Shown: positions 57,240-64,000 of the stretch, in pieces
Numbering within the stretch: position 1 is the stretch's first letter
Layout of the letters: the number at the start of each line of letters is the position of its first letter
Assembly: GCA_903885165.1 (NCBI GenBank)
Contig: CAISHO010000084.1
Coordinates: 6,813 to 70,812, forward strand
From: an uncultured Nitrosomonadales bacterium
GTDB lineage: Bacteria; Pseudomonadota; Gammaproteobacteria; Burkholderiales; Gallionellaceae
Length of the DNA: 64,000 bases
Direction of reading: 5' to 3'
Notes under the pieces: generated by a model
Databases searched by the model: none
The model's input: the letters and a program-made list of their open reading frames with translations, nothing else
What the model was told of the DNA's origin: nothing
Made by a program: the position numbers and the translations under genes

Positions 57240-57905
57240 ATGCTAAGCCCGGACATCCGCGCCCGCATTTTGCTGCTCTACCCGATGCTGGGGGAGCTGC
57301 CGACGGCGGAACTGGACGGGCTGTTAGTTAGCGCCAGCCTGATGCAACTGCCGTTAGGCACCGTTGTCTTCGACGAACATCAGGCCTGTCAGGGATTTCC
57401 GCTGCTGCTGTCCGGCAGTCTGCGCATCATCAAGTCAGCGGCCAGCGGGCGGGAATTGCAACTGTACCGCGTCGTTCCCGGCGAGAGCTGCATCATGACC
57501 AGCAGTTGCCTGCTCGGCGACAGCCGCTATCAGGCACGCGGCATCGTGGAAGAAGCCGTCGAAATGGTGTTTTTACCGGCGGCGGTTTTCCACAACATGA
57601 TGGGCAAATACGACGCCTTTCGCCGCTACGTGTTTCATCTGTTCACCGACCGCATCACCGATTTGATGGAACTGGTCACGACGGTGGCATTCCAGAAACT
57701 CGACCAGCGTCTGGCCGCGCTACTGGTTGCCAAAACCAGCCCGATCCATACCACGCATCAGGCCATTGCCGATGAACTGGGCTCGGCACGCGAAATGATA
57801 AGCCGATTGCTCAAGGGGTTTTCTGAACAAGGGTGGGTCACGCTAGGCCGAGAGCAAATCGTGGTCACCAACCTTGCCGCACTCAAGAAATTCGCCGCAC
57901 TATAA
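57240..57905 (+). CDS. Crp/Fnr family transcriptional regulator
   Basis: cNMP-binding-like barrel (GRELQLYRVVPGESC), HTH THQAIADELGSAREMISRLL. Confidence 0.93.
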   Translation: MLSPDIRARILLLYPMLGELPTAELDGLLVSASLMQLPLGTVVFDEHQACQGFPLLLSGSLRIIKSAASGRELQLYRVVPGESCIMTSSCLLGDSRYQARGIVEEAVEMVFLPAAVFHNMMGKYDAFRRYVFHLFTDRITDLMELVTTVAFQKLDQRLAALLVAKTSPIHTTHQAIADELGSAREMISRLLKGFSEQGWVTLGREQIVVTNLAALKKFAAL

Positions 57906-57917
57906 CCTTCGATGCGG

Positions 57918-57933
57918 TGTGCTGATGATCACT
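57918..57933. promoter_or_regulatory. CRP-like operator upstream of the DUF2892 gene
   Basis: TGTGC-TGATGA-TCACT, two mismatches to TGTGA-N6-TCACA. Confidence 0.4.
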
Positions 57934-57973
57934 CACTCTATGCTTGTTAAATCACCTTAAGGAAACACAAAAA

Positions 57974-58165
57974 ATGAAAAAAAATGCCGGCGTATTGGAT
58001 CGAGGGCTACGCGTCCTGGCAGGATTAGGCGCAATCGAACTGGCCTATGCAGGCCTGATCGGCTCATGGGGCTATTTTGGTATTATTCCCATGTTGACCG
58101 GCATCATCGGACTGTGCCCGGCTTACGCGATTATCGGCATCAACACCTGCCAGATGAGACGCTAA
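57974..58165 (+). CDS. DUF2892 (YgaP-like) small membrane protein
   Basis: KNAGVLDRGLRVLAG, PMLTGIIGLCPAYAIIGINTC. Confidence 0.9.
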   Translation: MKKNAGVLDRGLRVLAGLGAIELAYAGLIGSWGYFGIIPMLTGIIGLCPAYAIIGINTCQMRR

Positions 58166-58376
58166 GCAACCGAGTAAAATAACAGCAACGCCACAATAGA
58201 CGACCATTGGTGTGATATAACAACGTGCCATACGGAGTCCGTCAAGGTGCAAAAAATCTAGCAAGAAAGCTGTCTGTCGAAGCCTGGAAATAAATCGAAA
58301 GCTGCTTGATGCAAGTCGTTGACATGAGTCGTACATTATCCGAAATCTAAGCATTTTTGATAAATTAAGGGACTGA

Positions 58377-60833
58377 ATGAGCAAGAAACACGCACAGCAT
58401 GATTTTGACCAACTACGCTGTGCAGCCAAGGCTAAGCTGGCCAACGAACCACAGCCCAATGTGCCGGATCTCTCATTCGAAGCGTTGCTACATGAGTTGC
58501 AAGTGAATCAGATTGAGCTTGAGGCACAGAATGAATCATTGCGCCAGGCTCACATTGAGATGGAAGAATCTCGCGACCGTTACGTGGATTTTTATGATTT
58601 TTCACCCGTCGGTTATCTCACTCTCAACCAAGATGGCATGATAGTCGAGATAAACCTCACCGGCGCCGAACTGATCAGGGAAGATCGCCAAAAAATCCTT
58701 AAGCGCCGCTTCTCCACTTACATTACCACGGAATACCAAGACAACTGGCATAGATATTTCATGTCTGCGCTTAAAAATACAAATGGGTTTCGTTGTGAGC
58801 TGGTTCTGCAACGCCGTGATGGCTCACGCATCTTCACACAATTGAATGGTTTGCGCCTGAAGAAAGATGGCAAAGATCCAGTAGTACGCATCGTGCTGAC
58901 TGATATTACTGAACGCAAGCAGGCTGAGGAGTTGCTTCACGAAAGCAATGATCGACTTGACTTTGCATTTAAGGGTTCTGGTGATGGCATGTGGGACTGG
59001 GATGTCACCACGGCCATGGTAAGGTATTCAGTGCTATGGAAATCCATGCTGGGCTATGACGATGGCGAACTTGCTAATGAATTTGAAGAATGGGAGCAGC
59101 GTGTTCATCCGGATGATTTGCCCAAGGCCTTGGCTGATATCAAATCCTATTTGCATGGTGAGACATCCGTTTATAACAATGAACATCGTCTATTGTGCAA
59201 AGACGGTAGCTATAAATGGATACTCACTCGCGGCATTGTGAGGAGTCGCGCTGCGGATGGAACGCCTCAACGCTTGATTGGCACACATACAGATATTTCT
59301 GAACAGAAAAAAATAGAGGAATCACTGCGCATCTCAGCGACAGCATTTGAGACTCAGGAAATCATCATGGTGACCGATGAGCGTGCTGTCATTGTTCGCG
59401 TTAACAGCGCATTCACGAATCTGACGGGTTATAGCGAAGAAGAGGTCATTGGTAAACTGCCATTCATTCTTCAATCAGGGCGTTATAACGCAGCCTTTTA
59501 CCAGTCTCTTTGTGAGGCAATTGGTCGTGACCATAACTGGCGGGGAGAAATATGGGGCCGGCGCAAGGACAGTACAGAATTTTTGGCGCAGCTCAGCATT
59601 TCTGCAGTAAAGGATAAGGGATGGATTACGTCGCATTATGTCGCTACTTGGCGGGACATAACCGCGCAAAATCATGCCGAGGAGCAATTGCAACTTTCGT
59701 TTCGTAAACTGGAAGAAAAGGAATTAGCTAAGACCAGATTTCTTGCCGCAGCCGGACATGACCTGCGACAACCATTGGCAGCCGCCCAAATGTTTATCTA
59801 TGCGCTCAATGCAGGCAACCCCACTACGGAACAAAAGGATCTGATCCAAAAGTTGATGTCCTCAATGTCTACTTTTAAAGATCTGCTTGATGCTTTATTG
59901 AATTTGTCAAAACTTGATTCTGGCAGGATTAAATCTAAATGCGAGCCGATTAATATACCGAATTTAATGATCTGGTTGGAAGCCCACTTTGCGCCTATCG
60001 CAAGGGAGAAAAAACTTGTAATAAACCTATATTTTTCATTGGCTGAGATAATTAATATTAGTTCTGATCACGGCTTGCTTAAATCGGTGCTGATAAATTT
60101 GGTTGCTAATGCCATCAAATTTACCACTAGTGGTGCCATTCTATTGAGCGCCAGACGTCGCGGCAAGGATGTGCTGTTTCAGGTCTGGGATACTGGGATT
60201 GGAATTGCAGAAGAAAACTTGCAACATATCTTTGAAGAGTTCTATCAGATAGATAATCCACAAAGAGATAGGGTCAGCGGTCTGGGATTGGGCTTACCCA
60301 TCGTGAAACGCACCTTGGATTTATTGGGAAGTGAAATTAGATGTCATTCAAAACTTGGTCGTGGATCAGTTTTTGAATTTCGTTTACCAATCTTGATGAC
60401 TTACGATGTAACGCTGCTGCGGAATGTGATGACGGTGCAAAACAATCAGGCTGACTATTCTTTTCTGCTAGGGAAACAGTTTGTTTTGATTGAGGATGAC
60501 ATGCTTTTAAAAGAAGCCACAACAGCATGGATAGAAGCAGTGGGAGGCCACGTGGCAGTCTTTGATAGCGCCGAAAGTGCCTTGGAGTACGCAAATATTG
60601 AAGGCGCCGATTACTACATTGTTGACCACATGCTGAAAGGGAAACTGAGTGGAATTGATTTTCTGAATATGCTTTATAAAAGAACTTGCAAGTCCATCAA
60701 TGCGGTACTGGTGACAGGTAATACATCAAATGAACTTGTTCGTGATGCAGATGGTTTTAAATGGCCGGTACTTTTTAAACCAGTTAATGCGTACAATTTG
60801 GTTTCCTGCCTTACTGAGGAAGTATCAAGGTAA
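58377..60833 (+). CDS. Multi-PAS hybrid sensor histidine kinase with C-terminal receiver domain
   Basis: Three PAS/PAC domains, AAAGHDLRQPL H-box, NLVANAIKFT, VWDTGIGI, GLGLGL; receiver IEDD...VDH...LVTG...FKP. Confidence 0.93.
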   Translation: MSKKHAQHDFDQLRCAAKAKLANEPQPNVPDLSFEALLHELQVNQIELEAQNESLRQAHIEMEESRDRYVDFYDFSPVGYLTLNQDGMIVEINLTGAELIREDRQKILKRRFSTYITTEYQDNWHRYFMSALKNTNGFRCELVLQRRDGSRIFTQLNGLRLKKDGKDPVVRIVLTDITERKQAEELLHESNDRLDFAFKGSGDGMWDWDVTTAMVRYSVLWKSMLGYDDGELANEFEEWEQRVHPDDLPKALADIKSYLHGETSVYNNEHRLLCKDGSYKWILTRGIVRSRAADGTPQRLIGTHTDISEQKKIEESLRISATAFETQEIIMVTDERAVIVRVNSAFTNLTGYSEEEVIGKLPFILQSGRYNAAFYQSLCEAIGRDHNWRGEIWGRRKDSTEFLAQLSISAVKDKGWITSHYVATWRDITAQNHAEEQLQLSFRKLEEKELAKTRFLAAAGHDLRQPLAAAQMFIYALNAGNPTTEQKDLIQKLMSSMSTFKDLLDALLNLSKLDSGRIKSKCEPINIPNLMIWLEAHFAPIAREKKLVINLYFSLAEIINISSDHGLLKSVLINLVANAIKFTTSGAILLSARRRGKDVLFQVWDTGIGIAEENLQHIFEEFYQIDNPQRDRVSGLGLGLPIVKRTLDLLGSEIRCHSKLGRGSVFEFRLPILMTYDVTLLRNVMTVQNNQADYSFLLGKQFVLIEDDMLLKEATTAWIEAVGGHVAVFDSAESALEYANIEGADYYIVDHMLKGKLSGIDFLNMLYKRTCKSINAVLVTGNTSNELVRDADGFKWPVLFKPVNAYNLVSCLTEEVSR

Positions 60834-60897
60834 ATTTTCGTCTACACTAAGTTCGCCATACTTTGTTGGATACTGTTTTGTGCATTATTTGGCGGTT

Positions 60898-61329
60898 TTA
60901 AGTACCAGCTGCAACAGTCAATGCTTGATAGCATTCCATGTATTTCATATCATCCGTCATCATGTGATTTATTAGTATATTTTTAATTTCTAATCCGGCA
61001 GTTACCCATCCTGTATCATGACCATATGGTGTGAAATTCGACATAATTTCGTTGAGTTTTTTCAGAACATTAGCGTGTGTTTTTGCATGATCTTCTAAAT
61101 TGATATATTGCCACTCCTTAAATAGTCGCTCTTCATGAGCAAAGTGCTGCACGGCATCATCAATGATGAGGTGCAATCGCTGTTTGATAACATCCGGGTT
61201 ATTGCCGCCAGTAATAGACCAGTTGAAATCATTGATTAGGAGAATAAAATTTTTATGATCCGCGTCGATTTCCGGAATTCCAACGCTCATTTCATCGTTC
61301 CACGCAATCGTACAAGTAAGCTTTTGCAT
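60898..61329 (-). CDS. Bacteriohemerythrin (single domain)
   Basis: W....SVGIPEIDADH, HFAHEE, HAKTH, HMMTDD: all di-iron ligands present. Confidence 0.92.
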   Translation of the reverse strand: MQKLTCTIAWNDEMSVGIPEIDADHKNFILLINDFNWSITGGNNPDVIKQRLHLIIDDAVQHFAHEERLFKEWQYINLEDHAKTHANVLKKLNEIMSNFTPYGHDTGWVTAGLEIKNILINHMMTDDMKYMECYQALTVAAGT

Positions 61330-61436
61330 TTTTATGCTCCAATGGAGATTGATATATTTCCGCACTGAGTCAATAAATAAAGTGCAAATATCGCTTTGGC
61401 AGTTTACGCCGAATATTAAAAATATTCACACTTTTA

Positions 61437-61464
61437 CCTGATGCCTGATGCCTGATCCCTGATC
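61437..61464. repeat. Heptamer tandem repeat
   Basis: cctgatg-cctgatg-cctgatc-cctgatc. Confidence 0.8.
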
Positions 61465-61803
61465 TGCGGGCTGTTATGTACCAAAAGCACGTTGAAATTA
61501 AGTGTAGTGTTAGATTCGGTGTGGCAGATTTTTGAGTACATCTGCAAGGTGCCATTTATATCGATAGCCAGAATGGCACCTACAAATGATTAGGCAGATT
61601 CAGTAATTCATATCCACTAAAAATATTGAATGGGGACAGCCCATGGGCAGGAGTTCTATGGTGTACTATTGAAACTAGCATGCCATAGGGAATCACAGAG
61701 CCTTCAGAAGGCATAAAAATTTTCGTTTACACGCCCTTGACTATTCAATCGATTTCTAAATTCATTGGGTTCTAGGCGCGTTATTTGGTGCGAAGGATAT
61801 TGC

Positions 61804-64000
61804 ATGAGCAAGAAGTCTGTACATCAAGATTCTGACCAACTGCGCAAAGCCGCTGAGGCGAAACTTGTCCGCGAACAACATCCCAAAGTCCCGGCATCTT
61901 CTACCGATGAGCTACTACATGAATTGCAGGTGCATCAGATTGAGCTTGAGATGCAAAATAAAAACCTGCGTGAGGCTCATCTTAAGCTGGAGCAGTCCCG
62001 TGACCGCTATGTGGATCTGTATGATTTTGCGCCGGTAGGTTATCTCACGCTTAGCCGCGAAGGCCTGATTACAGAAGCTAATTTAACCGCAGCTAATTTA
62101 CTGGGGGAGGAAAGCAGGAAGCTGATCCGACTTCACTTCACTAAATTTATCATACCTGCCGAGCAGGATCGCTGGCACTCGTTTTTTCTGCATGTGCTGA
62201 AACAAAGCAATAATTTGAATTTTGAACTCACGTTGCAGCATGCCGATGGCACAAGTTTTTATGCTCAACTAAGTTGTTTGAACACAAAAGCAAATGATTT
62301 GAAAACAAGGGTACGTGTCACGCTGACCGACATCACTGAGCACCAGCAACTGGAGCGCGCCCTTCGCAGTCAGCAAGAGTTTGAAAATAAGGAAGCTGAA
62401 CGCAAGAAACTTGAATACGCCTACGATGAATGGATCAATGCACTGGATGCGGTTAACGACCCCATTTTCATGCACGACATGGAATTCCATATTCTTCGTT
62501 GCAACGATGCTTACCAGAAGCGTGCGGGGATTCCCTTCCAGCAGATTATCGGTCGGCCCTATTACGAAATCTTCCCGCTGACACCTGCGCCGATGCCCGG
62601 TTGCCTGGCGTTGCTGGAGAAACAAGAAGAAGAAGAAATCAACGTTGGCGACACCTGCTTCCGTTCTCGTGCCTTTGCTATCCGTGACGAGCAGAATGCG
62701 TATCTGTATTCCGTGCACGTTCTGGAAGATATTACAGAACAAAAAAATAACCAGAACGTGCTTACCATCCAAGCTCGTATTGCGAGCATTTTCGCTTTAA
62801 TATCCAATGAGGAACAATTCAACGAGGTATTGAAAATCGTTCTTGAAGCGAGCTCCAGTCCCTTCGGCATTTTTGGTTATCTGGACACAGATGGCACGTT
62901 TGTAGTGCCGACCATGACTCGCCAGGTCTGGGATCAATGCGATATACCCAGGAAATCCATACGTTTCCCACGGGAAGCCTGGGGTGATTCAAGCTGGCCA
63001 CGTGCCATACGAGAAAAGCTCAGTAACTATTCCAACCAACCCTCCTCCAGTATTCCTGAAGTACATGTAAGCATTCAAAGGCATATTTCCATGCCGATTC
63101 TGTACCAGGGAGAAGTGATTGGGCTTTTTCAAGTAGCCAACAAGGCGTCAGATTACAGCGAAACGGATATTCAACTGTTAAGTATCATTGCCGCTCATGT
63201 CGCCCCCTTGTTGCAGGCAAAATTACAACAAAATATAAGCGCACTCACACTAAATCATGCTAACCGCGCACTTGAGACAAGAAGCCTTGTGAACAGAAGC
63301 CTGGTAAATGCAACCGAAGAGCGTTCACTGATGCAAGCTGTCTGTCAGGCCATTGTCAGCCAGCGAGGTTTCAGGATGGCCTGGGTAGGTTATTCGCGGC
63401 ATGATGAAGATAAATCCATCGAAGTCATGGCGAGTGAAGGCGATGACCGGGGATATCTCGAATTTGCGCGACTTGTATGGGGGGAGACAGAGCGTGGCAT
63501 GGGGCCTTCCGGACTTGCCATCCGTAGTGGTATAAAACAAGTGTGCCAGGACATCGCGCATGATCCTGCATACTTACCCTGGCGCGATGCTGCACTTGAT
63601 CGCGGCTATGCTGCAGTTATTGCGTTGCCACTGTTCGATTCTGAAGGGAATGTATTTGGCATTCTGGATGTCTATGCCGACCAGCTGAATGCTTTTATCC
63701 CTTCAGAAATCAAGTTGCTGGCGGAAATGAGTGAAGATTTGAGTTTTGGCGTAATGGCATTACGTACTCGCCGGGAACGAAACTTGGCAACGAAGAAGAT
63801 TCAACAGCAATTTTTGCAACTGCAGGACAATCTGGATAATACGATCAAGGTGATTTCCACCATTGTAGAAATGTGTGATCCCTATACCGCTGGACATCAG
63901 CGCCGTATGGCTGATCTGGCGTGTGCGATTGCCAGGCAAATGGGGCTGCCCGATGAACAGGTGCATGGCATTCATATCGCCGGCATTGTGCATGATCTGG
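61804..64000 (+). CDS. PAS-PAS-GAF-GAF-HD-GYP cyclic-di-GMP phosphodiesterase, 3' end outside the window (absent from ORF track)
   Basis: Open frame from ATG 61804 (MSKKSVHQD) to the window end; ends DPYTAGHQRRMADLACAIARQMGL...AGIVHDL, the start of an HD-GYP domain. Confidence 0.88.
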   Translation, partial: MSKKSVHQDSDQLRKAAEAKLVREQHPKVPASSTDELLHELQVHQIELEMQNKNLREAHLKLEQSRDRYVDLYDFAPVGYLTLSREGLITEANLTAANLLGEESRKLIRLHFTKFIIPAEQDRWHSFFLHVLKQSNNLNFELTLQHADGTSFYAQLSCLNTKANDLKTRVRVTLTDITEHQQLERALRSQQEFENKEAERKKLEYAYDEWINALDAVNDPIFMHDMEFHILRCNDAYQKRAGIPFQQIIGRPYYEIFPLTPAPMPGCLALLEKQEEEEINVGDTCFRSRAFAIRDEQNAYLYSVHVLEDITEQKNNQNVLTIQARIASIFALISNEEQFNEVLKIVLEASSSPFGIFGYLDTDGTFVVPTMTRQVWDQCDIPRKSIRFPREAWGDSSWPRAIREKLSNYSNQPSSSIPEVHVSIQRHISMPILYQGEVIGLFQVANKASDYSETDIQLLSIIAAHVAPLLQAKLQQNISALTLNHANRALETRSLVNRSLVNATEERSLMQAVCQAIVSQRGFRMAWVGYSRHDEDKSIEVMASEGDDRGYLEFARLVWGETERGMGPSGLAIRSGIKQVCQDIAHDPAYLPWRDAALDRGYAAVIALPLFDSEGNVFGILDVYADQLNAFIPSEIKLLAEMSEDLSFGVMALRTRRERNLATKKIQQQFLQLQDNLDNTIKVISTIVEMCDPYTAGHQRRMADLACAIARQMGLPDEQVHGIHIAGIVHDL

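Noticed and set aside
61700-61760. FNR box upstream of the HD-GYP gene (ttgactattcaa)
   Set aside because: Half-site spacing is 2 bp too short for TTGAT-N4-ATCAA

Overview
Bacterial chromosome segment. Gene order and protein sequences point to a betaproteobacterium, probably Gallionellaceae-like (inference). Core blocks: (1) rpsB-tsf-pyrH-frr-uppS-cdsA-dxr-rseP-bamA-skp-lpxD (1-10.3 kb, minus strand); (2) thrS-infC-rpmI-rplT-pheS-pheT-ihfA-merR-tRNA-Pro(GGG) (18-25.6 kb, minus); (3) lnt, purL, djlA, queG/tsaE/amiC, dapD-pilU-arsC-like-dapE-prmB, hpnCDE and lysS. Accessory DNA lies between the blocks: a 7.5-kb segment downstream of tRNA-Pro (methyltransferase, RND pump, two fused gene fragments, a membrane class III nucleotide cyclase with non-canonical specificity residues); a CxxCxC outer-membrane protein plus TlpA pair behind a perfect RegA/RegR box; a SiaA-type sensor fused to GGDEF; a LemA/GIDE-like pair; an internally deleted IS91-type remnant; and an AT-richer signalling region at the right end (PAS hybrid kinase, bacteriohemerythrin, PAS-GAF-HD-GYP protein running off the window and missing from the ORF track). 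The strongest unannotated signal is a candidate ~80-nt sRNA at 30143-30223 with its own sigma70 promoter, a palindromic operator and an intrinsic terminator. Two families of short dispersed repeats have entered coding sequences in frame. No CRISPR array, rRNA or intact integrase/transposase was seen. All calls come from reading the sequence; no searches were run.
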